The position numbers and the translations under genes are program-made. 64,000 nucleotides of DNA from Candidatus Cloacimonadota bacterium (lineage in GTDB: Bacteria; Cloacimonadota; Cloacimonadia; JGIOTU-2), in contig JBNGBT010000007.1 in NCBI GenBank assembly GCA_049903315.1, forward strand, positions 32,360 to 96,359, written 5' to 3'. This document shows positions 20,200 through 30,703 of the stretch, in pieces; the stretch's first letter is position 1; the number at the start of each line of letters is the position of its first letter. The notes under the pieces were generated by a model. The model ran no database searches. It was not told the DNA's origin and was given only the letters and a program-made list of their open reading frames with translations.

Positions 20200-20227
20200 A
20201 GGGTGCACCACACAAGTGATGCACCCT
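20200..20227 (-). terminator. Hairpin (terminator or processing site) between the two secreted-protein genes
   Basis: AGGGTGCACCAC-acaa-GTGATGCACCCT; only a short U tract on the minus strand. Confidence 0.6.
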
Positions 20228-20238
20228 CACTGTTTGTG

Positions 20239-22986
20239 CTATCTCATCAACAGCAGCTTTTTAACAATATCTTTTTCGGAAGTAGATAATTTGTAGAAAT
20301 ATACTCCATTTGGTACGAGTTTTCCCTGTTCGTCTGTTCCATTCCATGTAACTGAATGAATTCCGCTTGATTGCTCGCCATCCTTAAGTGAGGTAACGTA
20401 TTGACCTTTACAGTTATAGATCGATAGATTAATCTTGACCTGATCCGGTAATGAATACTTTATCGTAACGTTATTACATACGGGATTGGGAAAATTCATA
20501 ATTTTGTAATCAGGGGGAGTAAATGAATGTTCTCCATTTGTAAGAGAAACCATATAATAATCTTTTACTCCGTCTATATGAACAGTTCCTTGATGTAACT
20601 CCATTGAGACCGGATCGTAGGTGTAGTAATCCACTACTTTTATATTTCCTGCTTTACCACCATAATACATTTCGAATGTCATATCTCCTGAAGTGCCGTC
20701 ATTCATGTATGCACGGATATCCATCTCATCATTGGTTACAATTTCCGCTCCCTTGCATACATCATCTATATATACCGCTACTTCAAGAGGTAGCTCTTCA
20801 GGATCGAGTTCAACGTAGATGGGTATATAGTCCGCTTTCTCTTCAAAATCGAAATTCTGTGCTTTTCCTCTCTCTTCAGGAGGTTCGCCTCCACCCGTAT
20901 AACTCCATACAAAATCTTCATCTTCAAAGCATTTTACTACAACACAATCTCCATAATTCAGAACTCTTCTATCTTGAGGTCTCACCCAGGGGCTTTCCGG
21001 TTCAGGTTCTTCTCTCTGGTATGTCCAATTTTGCGTCTGTATGAAGTACATATTATCTATTGAGTTCTCAAAAGCGTCATTGACATCCTGTGTTTCGTCG
21101 ATGAAATACCCGATCCAATTTTCGAGATTGTCTGCCACTAAAGGTATTTCAGTATCAGGATCTGCCAGAAATCCGGGCACATCGATCGTGACTGGCTCTT
21201 CATTCAGCATCTTGAATTTGTAACCCTGTCTGCTGGTGAAAATATGTTCTTTATTTTCCCAATCTCCCTGATAATAATAAATCATATTTAAATCCTCAGG
21301 ATCTCCAACGGTTCGCCAAAAACAGGTATCAAGATTTGTTTGAGCAGGATTTATTATATCATACAATAAATATTGAGCCATATCCCCAACATAATCTTTT
21401 GCATCGGTCAGTGTGTCGAGTACAGGATAACACATCCACCGCCATTCATAGCCATATATTGGCAGATCCCAATCATTCCATTGGTGTGTAATTGCAGGAA
21501 GAGCGCCCATGTCAGAGGGGGTTCCATCGGTATCGTTGTATAAGGAATCAGGATTGCCGGTATCTATGCACGGAGAAAAACCGTTCACATCCCATTTCAA
21601 TGAATAGTCACTACTGTCTGGTTTGTTGAATTTAGGATTCACTTCTAGACATCCATCACCTTCAATAACTCCAGAATAGTTATTAGAATCATTTCCATGG
21701 GAATTACAATATATTACTTCAATTTGCGTTTCACTTACAATTCCCGTTTCATTATTAGCTACAATATTATTAAAGATAATATCATTATTATTCCCAGAAG
21801 TTGAGCAAATATAAATTCCAGATTCATTTTCATTATTCACTATTGTGTTGTTTATTACTTCAATATCAGTAACATTATAACCTAAACAAATAGCACCACC
21901 ATCATCTCCTGAACCATCCATAATAATATTATTACTAATTACTACTTCATCGCATTCTACTCCAATGGCACTTGCATAAGAAAAAGTAGATGATCCGGCT
22001 CCCATTGTATTACCAATAAATTCATTTCCTATTATTTCTGCTCCTTCATACCATCTAATTGTTACAGCTCCACCAGTTTCCGATGAGTTATCTTCAAATA
22101 GATTGCTGTGAATGTATCCACCATCTAATATTGCTCCGCTATAACCTCCCCAATCTATTTCATCATCTACTGCAGTAGATGAACATCGTCTTACTGTGTT
22201 ACACTCGATTGACGAACCACCGTATATTCCAGCACCTCCCCAACCTTCTGTTTCACAATCTTCTATAGTATTTTCATACACAATGGCTTGAACTGCATAT
22301 ATCCCCCCACCTTCATTGGCAGAACAATCAGAAATTGTATTATAGCTTATGGTCATATCCTCATGTGTAGCCCAAATACCGCCACCTTTCCCAAAGTAAT
22401 TATTTTGGGTTGATGTGCAATGCTCGATAGTGTTGTGTGAAATTAATCCGGGGGAATCGATTGATATACCTCCTCCATTGCGATATTGTTCAGTACAATA
22501 ACAACTATCAATATCATTATATGTGATAAGACAGTAATCGCAGTCATTGATAAATATACCGTGACTATTACAGTTTTTTATTACATTATTATAAATCAAT
22601 AAACCTGAACTTTCTGTACATAATATTCCAATATTAAAGTTATTTAAAGTAAAACCAATTATCTTATCCTGAGGATATTCAGTCTCAGCTTCATCTAGAT
22701 CAAAAGCAGTTTCGGTTCCGGTACCTTGTATTATACAACTATCAGCTCCATTCTGAGATGTAACTGTAATATTTTTCTCTGTTCCATCCCAGTATAGGTT
22801 TATGTTATTAGCACCAGTATATATTCCGTCCTTAACAAGAACGATGTCACCATCATCTGCTGCATTTATACCAGCTTGTATTGTGAGATAATCTCCACCG
22901 CCATTGCAATCTACTACTATTGTATCAGTAAATCCTAATGCTGATATTAACAGTATAAATACTGCTATCACAATTATTTTTTTCAT
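20239..22986 (-). CDS. Secreted right-handed beta-helix protein with FlgD-Ig/T9SS-like C-terminal domain
   Basis: AGGAG RBS before MKKIIVIAVF; GDYLTIQAGIN, many GGGI/GGAI repeats, SPCIDTGNP, SDMGAL; C-terminal NFPNP...IYNCKGQ...WNGTD..G...NGVYFYKL...KKLLLMR. Confidence 0.8.
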   Translation of the reverse strand: MKKIIVIAVFILLISALGFTDTIVVDCNGGGDYLTIQAGINAADDGDIVLVKDGIYTGANNINLYWDGTEKNITVTSQNGADSCIIQGTGTETAFDLDEAETEYPQDKIIGFTLNNFNIGILCTESSGLLIYNNVIKNCNSHGIFINDCDYCLITYNDIDSCYCTEQYRNGGGISIDSPGLISHNTIEHCTSTQNNYFGKGGGIWATHEDMTISYNTISDCSANEGGGIYAVQAIVYENTIEDCETEGWGGAGIYGGSSIECNTVRRCSSTAVDDEIDWGGYSGAILDGGYIHSNLFEDNSSETGGAVTIRWYEGAEIIGNEFIGNTMGAGSSTFSYASAIGVECDEVVISNNIIMDGSGDDGGAICLGYNVTDIEVINNTIVNNENESGIYICSTSGNNNDIIFNNIVANNETGIVSETQIEVIYCNSHGNDSNNYSGVIEGDGCLEVNPKFNKPDSSDYSLKWDVNGFSPCIDTGNPDSLYNDTDGTPSDMGALPAITHQWNDWDLPIYGYEWRWMCYPVLDTLTDAKDYVGDMAQYLLYDIINPAQTNLDTCFWRTVGDPEDLNMIYYYQGDWENKEHIFTSRQGYKFKMLNEEPVTIDVPGFLADPDTEIPLVADNLENWIGYFIDETQDVNDAFENSIDNMYFIQTQNWTYQREEPEPESPWVRPQDRRVLNYGDCVVVKCFEDEDFVWSYTGGGEPPEERGKAQNFDFEEKADYIPIYVELDPEELPLEVAVYIDDVCKGAEIVTNDEMDIRAYMNDGTSGDMTFEMYYGGKAGNIKVVDYYTYDPVSMELHQGTVHIDGVKDYYMVSLTNGEHSFTPPDYKIMNFPNPVCNNVTIKYSLPDQVKINLSIYNCKGQYVTSLKDGEQSSGIHSVTWNGTDEQGKLVPNGVYFYKLSTSEKDIVKKLLLMR

Positions 22987-23088
22987 TATTCTCCTTATTT
23001 TCTGTGAACACATTAACTCTCAAAAGAGAAGCCCATAATTATTATCCCTAACATCATAATCAGCCCAGTCTGCGAAAGCAACTCTCAT

Positions 23089-23137
23089 ATTCCGATAACC
23101 TCACTATTCCCGGGAAACGGAATAGTAAGGTAGGAAT
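23089..23137 (-). promoter_or_regulatory. Long imperfect hairpin in the 5' leader of the secreted-protein genes
   Basis: ATTCC..ACCTCACTATTCC-cgggaaac-GGAATAGTAAGGT.GGAAT. Confidence 0.5.
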
Positions 23138-23235
23138 TAAGGAATTTATTTTTCCCGAGAATTGATAATGTTGTATTTGTGTTGTATTTTGCCTTATTAA
23201 AATATGCCAAATTGTAGTAACTTGCATAATATATG

Positions 23236-23310
23236 TCAGTTACTAAATTCAAATGGGGGGGGGGTAAGTCCTCCCAAAATATTCTTCCAATTTTCTTTCG
23301 TTGCCATCAT
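23236..23310 (-). CDS. Putative leader peptide (24 aa) containing a C10 homopolymer
   Basis: AAAGGA RBS 6 nt before the ATG at 23310; MMATKENWKNILGGLTPPPFEFSN*; TTGACA on the minus strand at 23352-23357. Confidence 0.45.
   Translation of the reverse strand: MMATKENWKNILGGLTPPPFEFSN
23255..23264. repeat. G10 homopolymer tract (slipped-strand candidate)
   Basis: Ten consecutive G in an AT-rich intergenic region. Confidence 0.85.
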
Positions 23311-23351
23311 ATTTTTTCCTTTGGATTGAATTGTTGAAAATAATTTATAGG

Positions 23352-23397
23352 TGTCAAATTTTTTGGAAAAATTCACTTCTCATCAGTTTTCTTGACG
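23352..23397. promoter_or_regulatory. Divergent sigma70-type -35 elements
   Basis: TGTCAA (23352-23357, minus) and TTGACG (23392-23397, plus) between divergent units; -10 boxes are not clear. Confidence 0.45.
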
Positions 23398-23462
23398 AGT
23401 AAAAGGCTACTAAATTTTTAGTGAATATAGCGTTTTATGCTAATAATAGCTGCTGAGGATAC

Positions 23463-25685
23463 ATGAATCTGGAAATCACAGATAAACTCGTAAAAGAACA
23501 TGGTCTTTCAAAAGAAGAGCACACACGCATCCTATCGATTTTAGGACGAGATCCCACAATAACTGAACTCGGAATTTTCTCTGTTATGTGGTCTGAACAC
23601 GCCAGTTACAAGAATTCAATTCTACAACTGAAAACTCTTCCGCGATCCGGTGAGTGTCTTCTTAAAGATGCAGGTGAAGAGAATGCCGGTGTGGTCGATA
23701 TTGGAGACGGGCTTGCCGTTGCGTTCAAGATCGAGAGTCATAATCATCCTTCTGCACTGGAGCCATACCAGGGTGCAGCAACGGGAGTTGGAGGTATTCT
23801 CAGGGATGTTTTTACCATGGGTGCGCGTCCAATTGCATCGTTGAATTCACTTCGCTTCGGTTCGCTGGATAATCCTCATGTAAAGCATCTTCTCAAAGGT
23901 GTGGTAAAAGGTATTGCAGATTATGGCAACTGCATGGGCATTCCAACGGTTGCCGGAGAAATTTATTTCGACGACAGCTATGAAGGAAATCCGCTTGTAA
24001 ATGCGATGACAGTCGGGACTATCAAGCATGAACATATTGCGACAGCTGCTGCGTACGGTGTGGGAAATTACGTCCTGTATGTCGGATCATCAACAGGAAG
24101 AGACGGCATTCATGGCGCAACGTTTGCATCGGTCGAACTGACTGAGGAATCTGCAGAAAAGCGAACTTCCGTGCAGGTAGGGGATCCGTTCATGGAAAAA
24201 CTTCTCCTCGAAGCCACCCTCGATGTGATCAAGCAAAACCTCGTTGTGGGCATACAGGATATGGGAGCTGCCGGATTGACCTGTTCGTCATCGGAAATGG
24301 CTGCCAAAGCAGGAACCGGAGTGGATATCGATGTCTCACTCGTGCCCAAAAGAGAAAAGGGAATGACACCTTATGAGATCATGCTCTCGGAATCACAGGA
24401 GCGCATGCTGTTGGTTATCGAACCTCAAAACTTCAAGAAAGTTCAAGAAATATATGAGAAATGGGATCTGCATGTCGTGAAGATCGGCGAAGTGACTGAG
24501 AATGGAAATCTGCGTGTGCGCGAAAATGGCATTATTGTTGCTGATATACCAGCCCAAACACTTGTACTCGGTGGTGAAGCTCCGGTTTATAACCGAGAAG
24601 TGCAATATCCATCATATCTGGATTCTCTCCATTCCTTTGATCAAGCAAAAATCAAGGAACCATCGGATTATAACGAAGTTTTAAAACGACTTATTTCATC
24701 ACCGAATATTGCAAGCAAAAATTATGTTTACACACAGTACGATCATATGGTGAGGATAAATTCAGTGATCGAACCTGGTTCAGATGCGGCAGTTGTAAGA
24801 ATAAAAGTTACAAACAAAGCACTTGCAATGACCACAGATTGCAATGGAAAATATTGTTATCTCGATCCTTATGAAGGAACAAAGGGAGCTGTTGCAGAAG
24901 CAGCACGGAATATTGTATGCTCAGGTGGAAAACCTCTTGCCATTACGAATTGCCTGAATTTTGGAAACCCCTATAAAAAGGATGTTTATTGGTATTTTTC
25001 AGAATGTATCCGCGGCATGGGGGATGCATGCAGATTTTTCAAAACGCCGGTAACAGGTGGTAATGTCAGTTTCTACAATGAAACTGTGAAGAGCGCCGTG
25101 TATCCAACACCGGTTATTGGCATGATCGGACTTCTTGATGATGTAAAATACGCGACATCTCAATATTTTAAGGATACGGGAGATGTGATCTTTCTCTTGG
25201 GAAAATCCTGTGATATTATTAGCGGATCAGAATATCTGGAAGTTGAGCATCATATGATCGTCGGACATGCACCTAAAGTAGATTTCGAATTGGAACAAAA
25301 AATCCAGGATATTTGTTATGAAGCTATTCGAGAAGGAATCGTAAAATCTGCGCATGATTGTTCTGAAGGTGGACTTGCAGTTGCTTTAGCCGAATCCTGT
25401 TTTAATCCGGATGGATTACTTGGAGCTCATATCAATATGGAATTCGTGAATCGCACCGATTTCGGACTTTTTGGCGAATCTCACTCGCGAATTATCGTGT
25501 CTGTCGAAGAAAAAGATATTCCTTCCTTTGTTCGAATAATTAAAAAACATGATGCTCCTTATAAACTCCTAGGAAAAGTTACTGATAAGAAATTTCAAAT
25601 AAATGACCTTATATCGTCTGATACCAATGAGTTATATGAGCTATGGCACAATGCCATTCGACTAAAAATGGAGTCAGTTACATGA
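23463..25685 (+). CDS. purL: Phosphoribosylformylglycinamidine synthase subunit PurL
   Basis: [57 protein letters not shown]. Confidence 0.96.
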   Translation: MNLEITDKLVKEHGLSKEEHTRILSILGRDPTITELGIFSVMWSEHASYKNSILQLKTLPRSGECLLKDAGEENAGVVDIGDGLAVAFKIESHNHPSALEPYQGAATGVGGILRDVFTMGARPIASLNSLRFGSLDNPHVKHLLKGVVKGIADYGNCMGIPTVAGEIYFDDSYEGNPLVNAMTVGTIKHEHIATAAAYGVGNYVLYVGSSTGRDGIHGATFASVELTEESAEKRTSVQVGDPFMEKLLLEATLDVIKQNLVVGIQDMGAAGLTCSSSEMAAKAGTGVDIDVSLVPKREKGMTPYEIMLSESQERMLLVIEPQNFKKVQEIYEKWDLHVVKIGEVTENGNLRVRENGIIVADIPAQTLVLGGEAPVYNREVQYPSYLDSLHSFDQAKIKEPSDYNEVLKRLISSPNIASKNYVYTQYDHMVRINSVIEPGSDAAVVRIKVTNKALAMTTDCNGKYCYLDPYEGTKGAVAEAARNIVCSGGKPLAITNCLNFGNPYKKDVYWYFSECIRGMGDACRFFKTPVTGGNVSFYNETVKSAVYPTPVIGMIGLLDDVKYATSQYFKDTGDVIFLLGKSCDIISGSEYLEVEHHMIVGHAPKVDFELEQKIQDICYEAIREGIVKSAHDCSEGGLAVALAESCFNPDGLLGAHINMEFVNRTDFGLFGESHSRIIVSVEEKDIPSFVRIIKKHDAPYKLLGKVTDKKFQINDLISSDTNELYELWHNAIRLKMESVT

Positions 25686-26521
25686 TACCTTTTCCGGAAA
25701 TAAATCCATCACTCGCAACCATTCCCGAATTCTCGGTTTGGTCTCTTACCATCGGACCTTTCGAAATACGATGGTATGCGCTTATGTACCTAATTTCATT
25801 TGCTATTGGCTATTTCCTTTTGAGAAAACTCTACAAGAAACGGGATATTCACATCAAAAGAACTGATTTTGAAAACCTTTTTTTCTACCTTATGCTCGGA
25901 GTCATTATTGGAGGCAGACTTGGTTATATGCTTTTCTACAATTTCCAGGAAATATTTCGACATCCTCTTGAAATCTTTGCTGTGTGGCATGGGGGGATGT
26001 CATTCCATGGAGGATTGATCGCAGCAATAATTTTCGGGTACTTATTTTGCAGAAAATATCATTATGATTTTTATAAATTAGCTGATCCAACCGTCGTAGT
26101 CGCACCGATCGGGCTTGCGCTTGGAAGACTTGGAAATTTCATCAATGGAGAGCTTTACGGAAGAGCGACCAGTCTTCCGTGGGGTATGCTTTTCCCCGGA
26201 GAAGAGGTTCCGCGACATCCTTCTCAACTCTATGAATTATCCCTTGAAGGCATTTTACTTTTCATCATATTATTTATATTGATTAAAAAGAATGTACGAA
26301 AAGGATTTGTATTCTGGAGCTTCATCTTTTTGTATGGATTATTTAGATTCCTGGTGGAATTTGTTCGCGAACCGGATGCACACCTCGGGCATCTCATTGG
26401 CTTCATGACAATGGGGCAGATTCTGAGTTCACTCATGATGATCGCGGGAATAATCGGCTATATCTCTATTTTTAGGAAAAAACAGGTGCCTGTTATACAA
26501 GAGGATCAAAACAATGAATAA
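25682..26521 (+). CDS. lgt: Prolipoprotein diacylglyceryl transferase
   Basis: [47 protein letters not shown] overlap with the purL stop. Confidence 0.95.
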   Translation: MIPFPEINPSLATIPEFSVWSLTIGPFEIRWYALMYLISFAIGYFLLRKLYKKRDIHIKRTDFENLFFYLMLGVIIGGRLGYMLFYNFQEIFRHPLEIFAVWHGGMSFHGGLIAAIIFGYLFCRKYHYDFYKLADPTVVVAPIGLALGRLGNFINGELYGRATSLPWGMLFPGEEVPRHPSQLYELSLEGILLFIILFILIKKNVRKGFVFWSFIFLYGLFRFLVEFVREPDAHLGHLIGFMTMGQILSSLMMIAGIIGYISIFRKKQVPVIQEDQNNE

Positions 26522-27218
26522 AGTCATTACAGGAGTAGCTGTTATATTTTTTCTTGTTGGCTGCAGTTCCGTGAAATCAGGCAGATACAGCACATTTGAA
26601 ATTCAAAATAAGATCATTGAAAACCTGAATTATTTAAAGGAATGCAAAGCTGAAGGTTTAGCAAATATCAACTATGAGGGTTTTGAAATAAAGACAAATT
26701 TCCTATTGCGGAAAAAGGATTCAAATGTGAGAGTAGATGTCTTCTCAGGTGGTATTTTAGGTCTTTCACCAGCTCCCAAAGCCCAGATCGTTCTTCAGAA
26801 TAATTTCGTGAATGTGTTTATTCCTGACCAGAAACGGCTTACCATAACCCGCTTAATTCCAGTAGATTCGCTTCTTAATGTGCAAAGCATTGCTGCCAGT
26901 CATGATGTCGTTGAGAATTTCGGATATTACATGACCTCCCCTTTCAATGGAGTGTATTACATCTTTGATAAAAAATTTCATCTTGAAGTTGTGCAGATTC
27001 GTGAAATTCGTATCCAGTTCTCAAACTATAAAAAAAATCTTCCATATCACATCACAGTGCTTCAGGATAAAATCGAAATAATCTCGCTTGAGATTGATAA
27101 ATGGGATTTTTCTCATTATCCGGATAGCATCTTTGATTTCGAAGTGCCTAAAGATGTTCAGATCGAAGCAAATGAGATCGATCTGACTATACCGATAGAA
27201 GTAATAGAAGACGAATAG
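26514..27218 (+). CDS. Lipoprotein of unknown function (possibly LolB/DUF4292-like beta-rich fold)
   Basis: Lipobox FLVGC; beta-rich pattern; FDFEVPKDVQ tail resembling LolA/LolB-like proteins. Confidence 0.55.
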   Translation: MNKVITGVAVIFFLVGCSSVKSGRYSTFEIQNKIIENLNYLKECKAEGLANINYEGFEIKTNFLLRKKDSNVRVDVFSGGILGLSPAPKAQIVLQNNFVNVFIPDQKRLTITRLIPVDSLLNVQSIAASHDVVENFGYYMTSPFNGVYYIFDKKFHLEVVQIREIRIQFSNYKKNLPYHITVLQDKIEIISLEIDKWDFSHYPDSIFDFEVPKDVQIEANEIDLTIPIEVIEDE

Positions 27219-27225
27219 AGGATCT

Positions 27226-28521
27226 ATGATTTCACGATATACATTACCGGAAATGACTCAATTGTGGAGTCTTGAAAACAAGTTTCAAACCTGGCTGAAT
27301 GTCGAGATCGCAGCTGCTGAAGCCATGAACAAACTGGGATTAGTTCCCGAAACTGATCTGAAAAACATTCAACAGAAAGCACGGTTCAAGGTTTCTGAAA
27401 TTAACGAAATTGAGAATGAAGTTCATCATGATGTCATTGCCTTTCTGACAAATGTGGCTGAGTATGTAGGTCCTTCCGCACGCTATATTCATCTTGGCAT
27501 GACATCTTCAGACGTAATCGATACAGCAAATTCACTCTTGATGAAACAAGCAGGAGAAATAATACTGGCCTCAATCAAATCTTGTATGAATGTGCTCAAA
27601 CAGAGCGCTTATAAGTATAAAGATACCCTCTGCATAGGGCGTTCACACGGCATCCATGCTGAGCCAACAACTTTCGGACTGAAATTTGCACTGTGGTATG
27701 ATGAAATGCACAGAAATCTGATTCGCTGGGAAAGAGCAATTGAAACAATTTCAGTTGGGCAAATTTCGGGTGCTGTTGGTAATTATGCCCACCTTTCTAT
27801 GGAAGTGGAAACGTATGTATGTAAAAAACTTGGACTGAAACCGGTAAATATTTCCACACAAGTCATACAAAGAGACCGTTATTCTGAATATTTGTCATCT
27901 ATAGCAATCATAGGAAGCACACTCGAGAAGATCGCACTTGAAATACGGCATCTCCAGCGTACTGAGGTGCATGAAGTAGAGGAAAATTTCTCAAAAGGAC
28001 AAAAAGGTTCTTCTGCAATGCCGCATAAGAAAAATCCGATAATTGCTGAACGTATCTGCGGTCTTGCACGTATTCTGCGAAGTAATGCAATGACGGCTTT
28101 CGAGAATAATGCACTCTGGCATGAACGTGATATCAGCCATTCCTCTGCTGAAAGAATAATAATTCCTGACTCAACTTCGCTGATTCATTACTTACTATTT
28201 AAAACAATTGCGCTTATTGAAAATCTTGTAGTGTTTCCCGAAAAGATGGCTGAAAATATAGAACTCACACATGGATTGATTTATAGTCAGTCGGTGCTCC
28301 TTGCACTTGCTCAAAAAGGTATCTCGCGAGAAAAAGCTTATGAAATCGTGCAGAAAGCTGCAATGGAATGCTGGAAGACAAATGAAGATTTTAAAGATAT
28401 TTTGATGAGAAATAATGAATTTAACTCCTCTATGAGCAAAGATGAGATTAACTCAATATTCAGTATGGATAAATTTTCCGATAATGTCGATGCGATATTT
28501 TCCAGAGTATTTGATATGTAG
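27226..28521 (+). CDS. purB: Adenylosuccinate lyase
   Basis: MISRY, HHDVIAF, GRSHGIHAEPTTFG, GSSAMPHKKNP signature. Confidence 0.96.
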   Translation: MISRYTLPEMTQLWSLENKFQTWLNVEIAAAEAMNKLGLVPETDLKNIQQKARFKVSEINEIENEVHHDVIAFLTNVAEYVGPSARYIHLGMTSSDVIDTANSLLMKQAGEIILASIKSCMNVLKQSAYKYKDTLCIGRSHGIHAEPTTFGLKFALWYDEMHRNLIRWERAIETISVGQISGAVGNYAHLSMEVETYVCKKLGLKPVNISTQVIQRDRYSEYLSSIAIIGSTLEKIALEIRHLQRTEVHEVEENFSKGQKGSSAMPHKKNPIIAERICGLARILRSNAMTAFENNALWHERDISHSSAERIIIPDSTSLIHYLLFKTIALIENLVVFPEKMAENIELTHGLIYSQSVLLALAQKGISREKAYEIVQKAAMECWKTNEDFKDILMRNNEFNSSMSKDEINSIFSMDKFSDNVDAIFSRVFDM

Positions 28522-28570
28522 GAGAAATATTATGAATTATGAAATAAATAAAAAATTAATAAATCCAATT

Positions 28571-28631
28571 TTCCGAGATTTTCGCCTGCCTCGGCGTAAT
28601 GCAATGGAGACGGGTGTTTTTCGTGGTTAAA
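28571..28631. repeat. Nested REP-like relic: GC-rich hairpin inside an AACCACGAAA-type element
   Basis: Minus strand reads TTTAACCACGAAAAACAC[CCGTCTCCATTGCATTACGCCGAGGCAGGC]GAAAATCTCGGAA. Confidence 0.4.
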
Positions 28632-28654
28632 TTTATTAATATGTAGGAGTAAAT

Positions 28655-28903
28655 GTGCGAAAAGCAACCATATATGTCACACTAAAACCGGAAGTGCTCG
28701 ATCCGCAGGGTAAGGTTATTATGAATGCCCTGCATACACTTGGATATAATAATGTTACTGAAGTTCGTGCAAGTAAAATGTTCGAATTGACAGTAAAAAC
28801 TAAAAAAGGTGCTGACATCGCAAAAGAAATTGATGAGATCTGCGATAAAGTCCTGGCAAATCCAAATATTGAGACTTATCGATACGATATACATGACGAA
28901 TAA
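28655..28903 (+). CDS. purS: Phosphoribosylformylglycinamidine synthase subunit PurS
   Basis: LKPEVLDPQG, LANPNIETY; AGGAG RBS and GTG start. Confidence 0.94.
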   Translation: MRKATIYVTLKPEVLDPQGKVIMNALHTLGYNNVTEVRASKMFELTVKTKKGADIAKEIDEICDKVLANPNIETYRYDIHDE

Positions 28904-28940
28904 TGTAACTCAATCGAAATCGGCAATTTAGAGTTAAAAT

Positions 28941-29633
28941 ATGAAGTATAATATAATTATTTTCCCCGGCTCAAACTGCGACTATGATGCATATTTTGTG
29001 ACGAAAAATCTTATGAGCGATGAAGTGGAATATGTCTGGCATAAGAACACAGCCCTCAAAAATCCGGACTGCATAATCATACCCGGTGGATTTTCTTATG
29101 GAGATTATCTTCGCGCCGGTGCCATTGCAAAGTTCAGTCCTATTATGAAAGAAGTTATATCCTTTGCAAAAAAAGGTGGTTTGGTTATCGGTATTTGTAA
29201 TGGATTCCAAGTTTTAACAGAGACGCAACTACTACCGGGAGCACTCCTACAAAACAAATCACTTCTTTTTATTTGTAAACATCAATTTGTACAAGTAATG
29301 AATACCTCAACACCTTTTACGAATGCAATGAAAGTAGATACCATTCTGGATATTCCCATTGCTCATAATGAAGGAAATTATTTTATTGATCCAGACGGGC
29401 TGAAATCATTGCAGGATAACCAGCAAATCGTGTTCCAGTACTGCAACAAAAAAGGTGATGTAAATGATACTTCAAATCCCAATGGTTCTCTTCTTAATAT
29501 TGCAGGCATAGTGAATAGGAAAGGCAATGTCCTCGGTATGATGCCGCATCCCGAACGCACCTCCGATCCGATTTGCGGTGTTACAGATGGTCAGCAGATT
29601 TTCCTCTCTATTAAGAAATTTATTGAGAAATGA
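28941..29633 (+). CDS. purQ: Phosphoribosylformylglycinamidine synthase subunit PurQ
   Basis: FPGSNCD, PGGFSYGDYLRAGA, GICNGFQ, GMMPHPER. Confidence 0.96.
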   Translation: MKYNIIIFPGSNCDYDAYFVTKNLMSDEVEYVWHKNTALKNPDCIIIPGGFSYGDYLRAGAIAKFSPIMKEVISFAKKGGLVIGICNGFQVLTETQLLPGALLQNKSLLFICKHQFVQVMNTSTPFTNAMKVDTILDIPIAHNEGNYFIDPDGLKSLQDNQQIVFQYCNKKGDVNDTSNPNGSLLNIAGIVNRKGNVLGMMPHPERTSDPICGVTDGQQIFLSIKKFIEK

Positions 29634-30325
29634 ACATACTGAACTCTCTATCCAATCTTTTCTTTCCCAATCAATGTTTTTCCTGTAATAAACGAATCGA
29701 GAATTCATCTTTGCTCTGCGAACAATGCCTGGAAGATCTCATTCAGATGCCAAATAACACATGCACTTTCTGTAATAATGATACAATACATAGTCTCATT
29801 TGCGAAGAATGCAAAAAGGAATATCCTTTTGATGAAGTGGTGTGTGCGTATACATTTAACCTGCCTATCCAACGAATGATACATCATTTCAAATATAATG
29901 AATTCAAAAAGATTGGAGCGTATCTTGGAGCTGAGCTTGCCGAACTTATTTCATCTTATTCATTCATAACTGAGACGGATTATATCATCCCTGTTCCACT
30001 TCATAAAACAAAGAGAAGATTCCGCGGATTCAATCAAGCTGAAATAATAGCAAAAGCATTATCTGTGAAATTGGATATCCCTATTTTAAAAAATGTGCTG
30101 AGTAGAAAAAAATTTACACAAACACAAACACAATTAAAAAAACATGAACGTGAGAAAAATGTTGCGAACGCATTTCATGTAAAAAATATTGGCACTATTA
30201 AAAATAAATCTCTTTTATTAGTTGACGATGTTTTGACAACTGGATCAACTATGAAATCAATCGCACTTTTATTAAAGAAAAATTTTGCGAAGCATATTTA
30301 CGTATGCACATTAGCGAGAGCGTAA
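29630..30325 (+). CDS. comF: ComF family protein (double zinc ribbon plus PRT domain)
   Basis: Four CxxC pairs, PVPLH...RGFNQ, LLVDDVLTTGST. Confidence 0.9.
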   Translation: MNILNSLSNLFFPNQCFSCNKRIENSSLLCEQCLEDLIQMPNNTCTFCNNDTIHSLICEECKKEYPFDEVVCAYTFNLPIQRMIHHFKYNEFKKIGAYLGAELAELISSYSFITETDYIIPVPLHKTKRRFRGFNQAEIIAKALSVKLDIPILKNVLSRKKFTQTQTQLKKHEREKNVANAFHVKNIGTIKNKSLLLVDDVLTTGSTMKSIALLLKKNFAKHIYVCTLARA

Positions 30326-30328
30326 AGC

Positions 30329-30691
30329 ATGGCAGATGTTATAGTAGAAGTTTCAAAAGATGATGCCCATGAATTAATGGACAGAACGGCAAAATTCATT
30401 GCTGAAAGACGCATGGGTTCTGCTGCGATTTTATTAATAGAATCACTAAAGCCGTTGAATTTTATTGCGAGCCAGATCCTCTATATGATCGCTCCTTTTG
30501 CAGAGCTCATATTTAAGCCGGAAGAATATCAAAAATTTGCATGTTCCCTTGAAAATAGAGATAATGTAAAATATCTTATCAATAAGATTGACGAAGAGGA
30601 TGCAAATTTCCATAGAGAGTTGAAAGCTGAAAAGAAAAAAGCAAAAGAATTGAAAAAGAAGAAAAAATTATTAAAAAATAAAGTGAAATAA
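30329..30691 (+). CDS. Conserved hypothetical protein with Lys-rich tail
   Basis: AILLIESLKPLNFIASQ segment; tightly packed between comF and the GlmL-like gene. Confidence 0.7.
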   Translation: MADVIVEVSKDDAHELMDRTAKFIAERRMGSAAILLIESLKPLNFIASQILYMIAPFAELIFKPEEYQKFACSLENRDNVKYLINKIDEEDANFHRELKAEKKKAKELKKKKKLLKNKVK

Positions 30692-30703
30692 ATCGGAGGA
30701 AAT

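Noticed and set aside
17830..22986. Diversity-generating retroelement targets
   Set aside because: No reverse transcriptase and no template/variable repeat pair differing at adenines were seen in the window.
23041..23140. Known riboswitch (e.g. c-di-GMP) suggested by GCGAAAGC and GGAAAC loops
   Set aside because: The GAAA loops are on the strand opposite the downstream gene and no riboswitch consensus could be matched by eye; an Rfam cmscan would settle it.
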